64,000 bases of DNA, taken from Bdellovibrionota bacterium. Its GTDB lineage: Bacteria; Bdellovibrionota; UBA1018; CAIPTA01; JAALKR01. Made by a program: the position numbers and the translations under genes. Position 1 is the stretch's first letter. Every line of letters starts with the position of its first letter. Shown here piece after piece: positions 19,858 to 29,920 of this stretch. Under the pieces are notes generated by a model. That model was not told the DNA's origin. It saw nothing but the letters and a program-made list of their open reading frames with translations, and made no database searches. The stretch spans positions 416,001 through 480,000 of the forward strand of contig CBDBMJ010000003.1 in the NCBI GenBank assembly GCA_965207455.1, given 5' to 3'.

Positions 19858-20241
19858 TTATTCCTCGTTGTCGTCCGATTCAATATCTAACTTTTCTTCG
19901 AGACGCTCAATGCGCGCTTCTAAATTCTTCACCCGTACGGAAACCCATTGCTTCTCTTCCGAAGACACCAGCCCCACAACTTCACTAAATTCCCGAATCT
20001 GGGATTTAATGTTTTTCTTGGCAGTCATGCGCGCCAGCGTGGTGCCCACATCGATAATGTACGCTAAACGAGCCACGCCCTCCTTTTTTAGTACGTCTAT
20101 TAGGGATAGGGGTTCCCGGGCCTGACTTAAAAGCTTCGCAATTTTCTCCACCCCGTTGTTGTGCTTGTTGGAGTGTTTTGCGGCTTTCTTTCGCGCTTTC
20201 TTCTTTGGCGCTTTTTTTCTTTTTATTGTCTTTTTGTCCAT
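19858..20241 (-). CDS. Hypothetical protein, Lys/Ala-rich N-terminus and C-terminal coiled coil
   Basis: GGAGA RBS, tight packing in operon; KKAPKKKARKKAAK; V..LEARIERLE. Confidence 0.6.
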   Translation of the reverse strand: MDKKTIKRKKAPKKKARKKAAKHSNKHNNGVEKIAKLLSQAREPLSLIDVLKKEGVARLAYIIDVGTTLARMTAKKNIKSQIREFSEVVGLVSSEEKQWVSVRVKNLEARIERLEEKLDIESDDNEE

Positions 20242-20252
20242 AGGTTCTCCTC

Positions 20253-21368
20253 TTATAACACACGTTTCTGGCAATGTTGCGCATACTTTCCTACACCCTT
20301 GGCCAGTGCTTTGGCTAGTGTTTGTTGAAATTTCTTGTTTTTGAGCAAGCGCCTATCCGCATTGTTGGATAAATAGGCCAATTCCACCAGCACCGCAGGC
20401 ATAGCAGCCCTTTTTAATACGGAAAAAGGAGCCTCCCGAACGCCCCGGTTCCCCTTCAGAGACCGTCCGCCTGCGTCGGAAATAAAACGCTCCCTAGCCT
20501 CCACCAAGGATTTCTGAATATTTGCAGCTAGATAGGCGCTATCTTGAAGATAGGCGGTTTGCCACACATCACGCAGTATATTTTTTATGGTTTGAGCCTG
20601 CTTGGGTTCCTCCTGTCCATTTTTCATGTTCTCAGAGATGGCCAGTTTTCTAGCTGCCCCATCACTGGCTTTAGAACTTAGAATATAGGTCTCCGTACCC
20701 CGTACCGCTTTTAAAGGGGAGGCATTGGCATGAATGCTAATAAAAACATCAGCTTTCCAGCTTTTTGCCAACTGTGTTCTAGCCCCTAGGGATAGCTGGC
20801 TGTCTTTTTGCCTCGATAGGAGCACAGAAAAGCCTAGTTTTTCCAGCTCTTTTACGGCCAAAAGGGCAAAATCTAGGACAATATTTTTTTCCTTGGTCTG
20901 CTTAGCAGTGGCTCCATATTCTCGCCCACCATGACCCGGGTCCAAGAGTACGCGAAACACAGGGCGCTCTAGGGCGCAAACGGGGTGGCGTGCCTTGGAG
21001 AAAATTGTAGAAATTTCCCTATTCGCCCACTGCTGTTTTTTTTCTTCTATCAGGGGTATCAGATAAGCCTTAATTAAAGCAGCGTCTATATAAATCTTCC
21101 CATTTTTTTGTTGGGGAGGAGTCCTAAGCTGCTGGAATTGTCCGTCGATAACGGCATAATTTTCCCAGGGTAGAAAAAAGGCTTGCTTCTTGTTAGCACC
21201 CTCTAGGAGTAGGCGATTGTTATCGTAATAAGTGCGTATGGAGAAAACTCGCTGTAGCTCCGAGATCTCTATGAGCGGACGGGATTGCACAAAAACCCAC
21301 TTAATTGTGGGGTGGGCATGGGCCTCAAAAGGAGCAAAGAAAAGAACGGCAGAAAAAAGCCACATCAT
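20253..21368 (-). CDS. N-acetylmuramoyl-L-alanine amidase (Amidase_3)
   Basis: LDPGHGG, EK..L, R...A....AD.FISIHAN, VL....MPAVLVEL.YLSN; signal peptide. Confidence 0.93.
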   Translation of the reverse strand: MMWLFSAVLFFAPFEAHAHPTIKWVFVQSRPLIEISELQRVFSIRTYYDNNRLLLEGANKKQAFFLPWENYAVIDGQFQQLRTPPQQKNGKIYIDAALIKAYLIPLIEEKKQQWANREISTIFSKARHPVCALERPVFRVLLDPGHGGREYGATAKQTKEKNIVLDFALLAVKELEKLGFSVLLSRQKDSQLSLGARTQLAKSWKADVFISIHANASPLKAVRGTETYILSSKASDGAARKLAISENMKNGQEEPKQAQTIKNILRDVWQTAYLQDSAYLAANIQKSLVEARERFISDAGGRSLKGNRGVREAPFSVLKRAAMPAVLVELAYLSNNADRRLLKNKKFQQTLAKALAKGVGKYAQHCQKRVL

Positions 21369-21384
21369 AAAAGAATTATACAAG

Positions 21385-21439
21385 TGACTAGAAACTAGAC
21401 AAGAATTAAGTGTCCATGGCATTGACTAAAAAATAGACG
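21385..21439. promoter_or_regulatory. Two 17-bp candidate enhancer boxes: TGACTAGAAACTAGACA (21385-21401) and TGACTAAAAAATAGACG (21423-21439)
   Basis: Near-palindromic, repeated, 60-115 bp upstream of a sigma54 -24/-12 element. Confidence 0.5.
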
Positions 21440-21498
21440 GTATCAAAAAAGACCAACAGTTTAAGGCATTTACGCCATTTTTACCTGTTTGCGGACTG

Positions 21499-21515
21499 TT
21501 GGCATCATTCTTGCT
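21499..21515 (+). promoter_or_regulatory. sigma54 (-24/-12) promoter of the 191-aa lipoprotein gene
   Basis: TTGGCAT-CATTC-TTGCT, exact GG-N10-GC spacing, ~50 nt before ATG with GAGGAG RBS. Confidence 0.75.
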
Positions 21516-21565
21516 TTATAGAACTATGAAAGCAAAAGTTAATTATTAAAATAGAGGAGAACAAA

Positions 21566-22141
21566 ATGAAAAATATGAATTTACTAAGCCTACTGAGTGT
21601 TAGTTTGTTAGTACTTGGTTGTAACGGCATGTATGTATATGATGATGGAGCCAACGATGATGATGGACTCAACACAAATAACACCATCAATGATAACAAC
21701 ACAACAAACGCTAATGAACAATGGACTTGTACGCCACTGAACTACAAAGAAGGCTCTAAAGGACTGTCCAATAACAAGCTAAGAAATGTCACAGCTTGTA
21801 CTAGTAATCAGGACACTAGAAGAATTAAAGTAAAAGGTCTTGAGTATTCTGGTTATTCTTTGAATTTCTGTATTTTTGTTCTTAAAGTTACAGGACCAAG
21901 GCAAACAACAGTAGAGAAAGCAGATCAGAAGAGTTGTCAAAATATATCTTCTAGCAGTGGAGGTGAAGCTATTTTCATAGCCGATGCGTCCAGTGATTTT
22001 AATTTTAATTATGTTGTTGTGTTAAGTGCCAGCGATCGATACGCCTACATAGAGTTCAGAGCGAGCGGAAAGAGCTACTCGACCTATAGGAGCAACGACC
22101 ACCTTGAAGTTCCCCCAGGAGCAGAAGGAGACATTAGATAG
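21566..22141 (+). CDS. Hypothetical lipoprotein with Asn/Asp-rich linker
   Basis: LLVLGC lipobox, DDGANDDDGLNTNNTINDNNTTN linker, four further Cys. Confidence 0.75.
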   Translation: MKNMNLLSLLSVSLLVLGCNGMYVYDDGANDDDGLNTNNTINDNNTTNANEQWTCTPLNYKEGSKGLSNNKLRNVTACTSNQDTRRIKVKGLEYSGYSLNFCIFVLKVTGPRQTTVEKADQKSCQNISSSSGGEAIFIADASSDFNFNYVVVLSASDRYAYIEFRASGKSYSTYRSNDHLEVPPGAEGDIR

Positions 22142-22189
22142 TTTTCCCCCCTAGCCTTTCACGCTCCTCTTGACCCTTTCCTTCCCCCA

Positions 22190-23074
22190 TTAGTGGACAA
22201 GTTGGAGCGTGCCCAGGCTTTCACAAACATTTCCCCGTCGGTATTTTTTCACTAGTTCCGCACTATTGGTGGGAAAGTGGTAGAGCACTCGCCAACCACT
22301 AACATTTTCTTTTTCATCATCCCCATCTTCGTCACTCTCTTCTGGAATACAAAGTACAATATAATGAAGTTTTTTCCCATGTTGAGAGATGAGTGTGAGC
22401 ATTTTATCTCCGTTTCCTTGCTCCAATTCCCAGGCCTCCTCTGGATTTTCCAATGTCTCACTCAACAAAGAGCTATGTTCCTCGAATTCCTTTAAAGGAA
22501 TGTCGCTACTCTTTCGGTAGGAAAGCATTTCTTCCTCCAACTCTTTTGTTCGTTCATCCACGGTGAGTGCCACATGAAAAGGAGTGTCACCTTCGCTGGG
22601 AGGCATACCTCTTTCCATGGGATCCACTTTTTCTCCTCGACGAAAAACGTCCACCAAATCCGGATCTCGGGTGGGAAAGGAAAGAAATATGTAAGTGGGC
22701 TCCCCCTCCATGCAGAAACACATGACTATATAGTGGAACGTTCCCGAGGTGTCCGAGAAGTTGCCAATAAAATAGAAATATTCCTCGCCATGTTCGCCTA
22801 AATCTCTCCATATCTCTTGAGGACTTCCGGTACAGGAGTCTGAATATTTTTCGTACTGAGGGAAGTCCTCTTCGGGAATATCATGGGCTTTTCGTAACTC
22901 CATTTGCTGTTGGTGGTAATAGTTAGATACGGGACCATAGTATTCCTGGATACAGGTTTTACTACAAAAATAGGCACCAGACTGCTCCTCTAAAAAGAAA
23001 ACCTTATCATTGAGTTCCACACTATTGCGGCAGGTATAACAAAAATGTCCATGTTGAATGGATTGGGGTTTCAT
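22190..23074 (-). CDS. Hypothetical acidic protein: N-terminal Cys4 motif plus internally duplicated domain
   Basis: CYTC...FCSKTC; two copies of DIP..F........P.E.W......HYIV.C......FPT....LV..(F/Y)RRG; GGAGG RBS. Confidence 0.75.
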   Translation of the reverse strand: MKPQSIQHGHFCYTCRNSVELNDKVFFLEEQSGAYFCSKTCIQEYYGPVSNYYHQQQMELRKAHDIPEEDFPQYEKYSDSCTGSPQEIWRDLGEHGEEYFYFIGNFSDTSGTFHYIVMCFCMEGEPTYIFLSFPTRDPDLVDVFRRGEKVDPMERGMPPSEGDTPFHVALTVDERTKELEEEMLSYRKSSDIPLKEFEEHSSLLSETLENPEEAWELEQGNGDKMLTLISQHGKKLHYIVLCIPEESDEDGDDEKENVSGWRVLYHFPTNSAELVKKYRRGNVCESLGTLQLVH

Positions 23075-23101
23075 TTGTCCTCCTAAGAGGACTATAGCAC
23101 A

Positions 23102-23374
23102 CTAAGCCTTTTTCTTGACGGCCTGGCTAATTTCTTCCAGCAAAAACCGTAGTTTCTTTTGGGCTTGGGAAAGCTTTTTCATATTTTGCTTCAAACGAAG
23201 AAAGGGCTCTTGGGTGGTCCCATCTTGCTTGTTCTGATTTTCCTTTTGTGCGAGGGCTTCTTGTACTCCCATGGGTATGGGGAAGGGCTTCTCGCCGGTC
23301 TCTCTTTGTCGGAACAATTTGTCCACATTTTTGTAAACGAAAATTATTTTTTGTGATCTGTCTAACGTCGCCAT
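23102..23374 (-). CDS. Small hypothetical protein with C-terminal coiled coil
   Basis: GAGGAG RBS, own sigma54 promoter, LKQNMKKLSQAQKKLRFLLEEI. Confidence 0.7.
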   Translation of the reverse strand: MATLDRSQKIIFVYKNVDKLFRQRETGEKPFPIPMGVQEALAQKENQNKQDGTTQEPFLRLKQNMKKLSQAQKKLRFLLEEISQAVKKKA

Positions 23375-23424
23375 CTTGCTATCTCCTCAACTGTTTTACT
23401 GCTGTCTTCATCTATAATAAACAT

Positions 23425-23441
23425 TGCAAGGAAGATGCCAA
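23425..23441 (-). promoter_or_regulatory. sigma54 promoter of the 90-aa gene
   Basis: Minus strand TTGGCAT-CTTCC-TTGCA ~50 nt before ATG. Confidence 0.75.
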
Positions 23442-23627
23442 CTTTCCAATTCCTGCTCCCAAGGCAGGAGGTTAGGTGTTGATTTTATTGAGGAAAAAAT
23501 GTTTTTTTGGAGAGTTTTTTCCATGTCGACACACTGTCCATTGTAGTTGTACAAAAAATTTTCTATTGTCTAAAAGTTACACAGTTTTTCTTTGCGCATA
23601 ACGGCTACATTTTGGGGAAATAAACGT

Positions 23628-25457
23628 ATGAATAGAAAATATTGTTTATGGATTTTTTTTCTTTTTACTCTTTCCGTGCCCACACTATGGGCTGCGGACA
23701 TTTCCTTGGAATATGAACCAAGCCCCATCCCTATAAAAGTAAGAGCAAACTCATGGGCACCAACGGGCGCCCCAAACTGGTTGGGTAGTGAAAAGTGCCA
23801 GGGCTATGAACTGGCCAATACAATTCAAGCATTGGGTGCAGATATCCATCGTCAAGGACAAGCAATAAAGAAATTATTTAGAGACTGTCGTGGTATACAC
23901 AGTAGTTATGGAAGTCATGGCATCTCTGACCTAACCATATTAGGACGTATCCGTTACGACTTTGTGAACCATCCTCTCATTCGTCCCGTAAAAATTACTA
24001 TTTCAGAAACATTCGAAAACAACAGAGAACACACAACAATTACTCGAGGACTACTCGCTCTGAAAAACGACGACAGGCCACGCCCAATGGTTGTGATAAA
24101 AACAGGGATTTTTTCCTCCACCTCGTCAGAAAAGGCTTTTTTACTTCCCATGTTTCTTATGCACCTCTTTGATGAAACTCCATTCAATGTGCTTTTACTC
24201 AACAGCGATACAGGAAATGAGTACCATATGGATAATAGGCGCCTGTCCATGGGAGGATTTAATGAGGGAAGACAAGTGGAGCAAGTGGCACGGTGGTTGC
24301 GAACCCCTCAATCAGGAGTAAGCGATCGTATTTCCAGTCTCCACTTAGTGGGGATGAGTAATGGAGGTCATGCTGTTTTGTACGCAGCTGCCTACAGCGA
24401 ACGGAAAGAGATGGGAGTGTTTGCAACAAACCCCATAGACAGTGTGATGGCCCTTTGTTCGGTCGTAAATCTCCAAAGATCCATGGAATATGCTTTGCAA
24501 CACTCCGGTTTTTTCATCTCCGGATATTTTCGCGCTCAAACAAAAAACTATTTGAGAAGAGCTGCCGGATATGTGCCGGGGCTTAGAGAGAGAATCGCGC
24601 GCAGTGGCGGTTTAGGTGGAGCTAGGAACCTCATCAATATTTCAATGGGACAGTTATTGAGCTACTACAAAACGCTTACTCCAGAATGGTACTTCTTCCC
24701 TTTTCAGAACGATCAAATTTCTCATACGAATAAGCTATGGAGTATAAACAATTTTATTGGAAAAAGCTCGCTAGTGAAAGTTCCCACCCTCGTGTGGAGT
24801 TCTCAAAACGACAAAATCATTGAATACTTTAGGAATGCTGGACAACTAAAAACAGAGAGCCAAGAGCAGGACTCCAACATAGCTGTATTGGGAACAAGAT
24901 ACGGAAACCACTGCATGCATTTACCCGCCTTTGGTTGGGGCCTGACTAGCAGAATACTTAAATCCTATATACTATCCCATAGCCCAGAGTTTTCCGTGGA
25001 AAAAAATACTATGCCCGTGAACTTCTCATCTTTGCCGTCATTAGTAGGAGGCGTAAAACATACTGTTCAGGAGTGGCGAGCTGCTAAAAACAGCTCGGGC
25101 CTAAAGCTAACTTTTTATACCACTAAGATGTCTGAATTCAGGGCTCTAGACGTAGAAGCACAAGCCAAGACCATAGTGAAGCACTTTGAGGAGGAATTAG
25201 AATCCAATGTAGCGGTCAATGTAATGGTGAGTATGGACTACTCCTTTATCCGCGACAATCTTTATAAACCATTGGCAACGATTGCTATTCCCTATACAAA
25301 ACTACTCCCTCTTAACATTACAGTTCCAACTTCAGATGCAGAAGCCGAGTCTCTTACTCGATGGCTCAATACAAACGTGGAACTCCTAACTTTGGATAAA
25401 TTCCGATTGCACGACTCTTCTGAAAAACCCATGTATATTCGTTGGCAGACCCGATAA
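23628..25457 (+). CDS. Secreted alpha/beta-hydrolase, paralog 1 (intact)
   Basis: Signal peptide MNRKYCLWIFFLFTLSVPTLWA; nucleophile elbow GMSNGG; candidate Asp (SQND) and His (GNHC). Confidence 0.8.
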   Translation: MNRKYCLWIFFLFTLSVPTLWAADISLEYEPSPIPIKVRANSWAPTGAPNWLGSEKCQGYELANTIQALGADIHRQGQAIKKLFRDCRGIHSSYGSHGISDLTILGRIRYDFVNHPLIRPVKITISETFENNREHTTITRGLLALKNDDRPRPMVVIKTGIFSSTSSEKAFLLPMFLMHLFDETPFNVLLLNSDTGNEYHMDNRRLSMGGFNEGRQVEQVARWLRTPQSGVSDRISSLHLVGMSNGGHAVLYAAAYSERKEMGVFATNPIDSVMALCSVVNLQRSMEYALQHSGFFISGYFRAQTKNYLRRAAGYVPGLRERIARSGGLGGARNLINISMGQLLSYYKTLTPEWYFFPFQNDQISHTNKLWSINNFIGKSSLVKVPTLVWSSQNDKIIEYFRNAGQLKTESQEQDSNIAVLGTRYGNHCMHLPAFGWGLTSRILKSYILSHSPEFSVEKNTMPVNFSSLPSLVGGVKHTVQEWRAAKNSSGLKLTFYTTKMSEFRALDVEAQAKTIVKHFEEELESNVAVNVMVSMDYSFIRDNLYKPLATIAIPYTKLLPLNITVPTSDAEAESLTRWLNTNVELLTLDKFRLHDSSEKPMYIRWQTR

Positions 25458-27151
25458 AACCTATCTCAGCCAGGCCCCTTAGAGCCAAAAGAATCGTGGG
25501 CGGGAGTTCTATACCGAACGAACAATGGAGAGTGCCACAGGGGCTATGATGCTAAAAAAATTCAAAGTCTGGGGGGCAAGCCCCATCGCCAGGTCCAAGA
25601 AATGGAGAAATTTTTTAAGCAATGTAGTGGTATACACAGTAAATCAATAGCACTGATTCCCTCGCTCCCTTGACAGAATACAGCATTTTTGCAGCTATGC
25701 GCTATAACTTCTTTAAAAATCCCCTCATTCGTCCCATAAAAATTACTATTTCGGAAACATTCAATAACAATGGAGGACACAAAGCGATTGTTCGCGGCCT
25801 ACTCGCCTTAAAAGATGACAACAGGTCACGCCCACTTGTTGGTTTCATCTGATCGGGCTGCCCTGCTTCCCATGTTTCTTATGCATTTTTTTGATGAAAC
25901 TCCCTTCAACGTGCTTTTACTAAACAGCAGCACAGCACCTGAGTACTTTATAGATAACAGGCGCCTGTCCATAGGAGGCTTTGAGGCGGGAAGGGAGTTA
26001 ATACAAATTGTAGAGTGGCTACGAACTGCTCAATCGGGACTAAGTGACCGTATTTCCAGCCTCCACGTGGTGGGGCTAAGCAATGGAGGGCATGCTGCTT
26101 TGTATGCGGCTGCCTACAATGGATATAGAGAGGTTGGATCGTCTGATAAAAACCCTTTGGACAGCGTAACCGCCCTTTGTCCTGTTGTAGATCTTCGGAT
26201 ATCCTTGAAAAATTCTTTACGAGGTGGCGAAGTACCGGATTATCCTGATTCTAAGCTCTTTAGTTTTCAACGTGCTGACGATCTTGAAATAAGTCATTGG
26301 ACCTCCATTTTTTTTCAGTTTGCAATACGCCAATATTTATATGGAGCCGCTAAATTTATACCAAACTTAGCGAAATCACTGAACGACTTTAACAAACTCC
26401 CTGAAAGAAAATATGTTGATGGGCTTTATATTAAACAGGCATTAAGTCAATATAAAAACCTGCCCACAGAGTGGTTCCTTTCCCCCCTTAAGAATGAAAA
26501 AATTTCCAATGTACGTGATCTATGGCGCGTGAATAATTTTGTTGGAAAAAGCTCGTCGGTAAAGGTGCCTACTTTAGTATGGGGTTCTCAAAACGACTTT
26601 ATTATTAAATACAGTAAAAATAGCGGAGCCTTGAAGGCGGAAAGCCAGAATTCCAACATCGCTGTATTGGGAACAAGATATGGAAAACACTGTATGTACT
26701 CCACCGTTTTTGGCTGGAGCCTCACCAGCAGAATACTCAGATCCTATATACTATCCAATAGCCCAGAGTTTTTAGTAGAAGAACGTACCATGCCCTTAGA
26801 TTTCTTGCCTATAGCGGATCTGAGAGAGGGCGAAAAATATTTTCTCAGAAGTGGCAAGCTAGTAAAGATGAGATAGAGCTAGAATTTTATACCGCTGGGA
26901 AAGATTATTTTTCCAGCGGCCGGTCTCCCCATATCTTTCCTCCACCACCAAAAAAGCCTATACATCAGGGTTTACAACGACTATTTCTTACAAGGAACTA
27001 TCACCGCTTGGAATTATACCCCCAACCCAGATGTGGAAGCACGGGCCCTCACTCGATGGCTCAAACAAATGTGGAGTTCCTAACCCAGGATAAACATCGA
27101 TTGCATAACTCTTCTGAAAACCCCATGTATATTCGTTGGCAGACCCGGTAA
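25458..27151 (+). pseudogene. alpha/beta-hydrolase paralog 2: no start or signal peptide, several frameshifts and stops
   Basis: Fragments GECHRGY..., RYNFFKNPLIRPIKITISETF, GLSNGG, GKHC and ...MYIRWQTR lie in different frames; ends in nearly the same 3' DNA as paralog 1. Confidence 0.85.
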
Positions 27152-27225
27152 ATTATTTCCCTATTATTTGACAACGGCAGGAACTCAATGTATCGTGTCA
27201 AAAACTAAAGAAAGGGAACGTTTTT

Positions 27226-28934
27226 ATGATTATGGGTCGCTATATCTGGATTTTCTGCCTTCTGCTTCTTCCCACGAATACGCTACAAGCTGCAAGTATT
27301 TCCTTGGAATATACTCCCATCCCTACAGGGAAGAAAGAAAATCCATGGATCCCAACGGGTGCTTCCAGCAAAGTGGGAGAGTGCCACAGGGGCTATGCCC
27401 TTCCGAAAAAATTCAAGGTTTGGGGGGAGAGCCCCATCGCCAAGCCCAAGAAATGGAGAAATTTTTTGAGCAATGTAGTGAGATACACCATAAATCTAGA
27501 CACCATAGCCGCAGCCAGCAACATAATATCTATTATGGCCTCTTTGAAAATCCCCTCATTCGTTCCGTAAAAATTACTATTTCGGAAACGTTCAGCGATA
27601 ATAGTAAGCACAAAACAATTGTTCGCGGTCTACTTGCCTTGAAAGACGATAAAAAACCACGTCCACTTGTTATAATAAAAGTGGGACTTTTTTCTTCCCT
27701 TTCGTCAACCCCCCCTCCCATACTTTTTTTCATGCACCTCTTTGATGAAGCTCCATTCAATGTGCTGTTACTCAATAGCGACACAGGAGACGAGTACTAT
27801 ATCGATAATAAGCGCCTGTCTCTAGGAGGGCTTGGCGAGGGAAGGCAGTTAATACAAATTGCCCAGTGGTTACGGACTACCCAATCAGGATTAAGCAACC
27901 GTATTTCCAGTCTCCATATGCTGGGGATGAGTAATGGAGGGCACGCTGTCTTGTATGCGGCTGCCTACAATGGGCACAGCAAGGCTGGAGCATCGTCTAA
28001 TAAAGGCCCCTTAGATAGTGTAACTGCCCTTTGTCCTATGATAAATTTTCAACGATCCACAGAATATATTCTGCGAGATGCTAGCGTATTCCTTTCCGCC
28101 TATTTTCGTCGCACGATGAAAAAATATTTAAACCGAGCTGCTCAGTATGTGCCAAGTCTTGAGGAAAGAATCCGTCTTGCCGGACGCTTAGATAGAGCTA
28201 AGGATATCATTGGCGTTTATACTGGACAGTTATTAGGTGAGTACAAAGGATTTTCTCCAGAATGGTACCTCCCTCCCTTTAAAGACGGCCAAATCTCCAC
28301 AGCAAACCAACTATATAATGTAAATAATTTTATTGAAAAAAGCTCGTTAGTAAAGATCCCCACTCTAGTATGGAGCACTAAAAACGACTCTGTTATTGAG
28401 TATAGTAAAAATGCTGGACCCCTGAAAGCAAAAAACCAGAACTCCAAAGTTGCTGTACTAGGAACAAAATATGGAAACCACTGCGAGTATTCTGCCAGAT
28501 TTGGCTGGAGCCTCACCAGCAGAGTGCTCACATCCTATATACTATCCAATAGCCCGGAGTTTTCCGTAGAGAAAGGCCTTGCACCCATAGAACTAGATAC
28601 ACCAACTCTTCGAAAGGGCGAAAGGCACACCACTCAAGAGTGGTCCGCTAGTAAAAATTCTCCAGATCTACGGGTCACCTTTTATACCTACAGGAAGTTT
28701 AATTCTCCCTTTATTCCCTTTGGCAGTGGTGAAAAAGCCCATATATCACAATTCACTGTTACTGTTCCCTACACAAAGCTACTTCCCCTTGGTATTACAG
28801 TTCCAGCATCAGATGCGGAAGCGCAGTCTCTTACTCGATGGTTAAATATAAATGTGGAGCTACTAACCCAAGGTAAACTCCGGTTGCCTGGTTCTTCTGA
28901 AAGCCCCAAGTATATTCGTTGGCAGAGTCGATAA
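27226..28934 (+). pseudogene. alpha/beta-hydrolase paralog 3, split by a single -1 frameshift at an A6 tract (27406-27411)
   Basis: Signal peptide and N-terminus in the 27226 frame, catalytic body (GMSNGG, GNHC, YIRWQSR) in the 27168 frame; one extra A joins them. Confidence 0.75.
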
Positions 28935-28954
28935 AATCTATTCCTCCTCTGAGC

Positions 28955-28995
28955 AAAAAAAAATGCCGACTCGCTAGGGTTAGCAAATCGGCATT
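28955..28995 (-). terminator. Intrinsic terminator, possibly bidirectional, between convergent genes
   Basis: AATGCCGA...TCGGCATT outer stem, GCTA/TAGC inner stem, flanking A-run (U-run on minus strand). Confidence 0.7.
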
Positions 28996-29021
28996 GATTG
29001 TTTTTATATTATATCGAGATA

Positions 29022-29801
29022 TTAGAGATTCTTTTCAAGGTAGTTTTTAAGACCTTCTTCTATGTTCTCCACGTCAGTGTTTTTGAAGTTGCCATTTTGA
29101 ACTAGGTTTTTAGCACCAACACTTGCAGCAAGAGTGAAGTCGTTAGTGGCTACACCAGCTCCCAGAGCAGCGGCAAATTTTTGAATAGCGTTTTCACTAA
29201 ACCCTAAAGATGCAAGAAATATTGTTGAATCCTGCTCTGTAAGGCTATTGTCGTCCATTTTCTGTTGGAAGTTATCTACGGCAATAGCGAGGTCTCTTGC
29301 GTCCTGTGTACTAAAGCCAATATTTTCCAGTCTGCCTGCACTTCGCAATAGCGACGCTTCTTGGTTGAAAGCTGCTGCTGTTGCAAGATCCTTCATATAA
29401 GTACCCCCTGCTACATTGGAGCGTAGGTTATATACAACACCACTGCGGTCAATGTAGGTGCTACCAGTTCGGCTAACGCGATACCTGTCAGCATTATCCC
29501 AAAACCTGAAAATATTTCCACCTTTTCTGTAGTCATCCAAGTCTACAGCAAAATACTCTTCACCAATGTGGTCGTAAATAACAACATAGTCATATTGATG
29601 TGTTTTTTCTTTTACTAGTTCCACTTCATATCGTGTGTCGCTATTCGTTCTTTTTACAAAATCCCTTGCCAATTGGCTATGAGTATAGCAAGAGTGTCGA
29701 TTACAGCTACCGCTGCCACCACCACCACCACAGGCACTTATTCCAATGACGAGAGCCAGCCCCAAAAGACCAAGCATTGTTTTTTTGTTGTATGTTTTCA
29801 T
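29022..29801 (-). CDS. Hypothetical lipoprotein
   Basis: IGISAC lipobox followed by GGGGGSGS linker; own terminator. Confidence 0.75.
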   Translation of the reverse strand: MKTYNKKTMLGLLGLALVIGISACGGGGGSGSCNRHSCYTHSQLARDFVKRTNSDTRYEVELVKEKTHQYDYVVIYDHIGEEYFAVDLDDYRKGGNIFRFWDNADRYRVSRTGSTYIDRSGVVYNLRSNVAGGTYMKDLATAAAFNQEASLLRSAGRLENIGFSTQDARDLAIAVDNFQQKMDDNSLTEQDSTIFLASLGFSENAIQKFAAALGAGVATNDFTLAASVGAKNLVQNGNFKNTDVENIEEGLKNYLEKNL

Positions 29802-29920
29802 TTTTAATTTCCCTTTCATTTGTTTAGTTTATTTATTGTTCCACATGTTAAACATGTATCGTCATGACTAACGCAGCAGGCGACCCACGTCAACAAAAAA
29901 ATGCCTAAATATTCATTTTT

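Noticed and set aside
27168..27405. N-terminal ~80 aa of the 588-aa track ORF
   Set aside because: Not homologous to paralog 1; the true N-terminus with signal peptide is in the 27226 frame.
23628..28934. Diversity-generating retroelement or CRISPR explanation for the repeats
   Set aside because: No reverse transcriptase or cas genes in the window, differences are not adenine-specific, and the repeats are gene-length paralogs.
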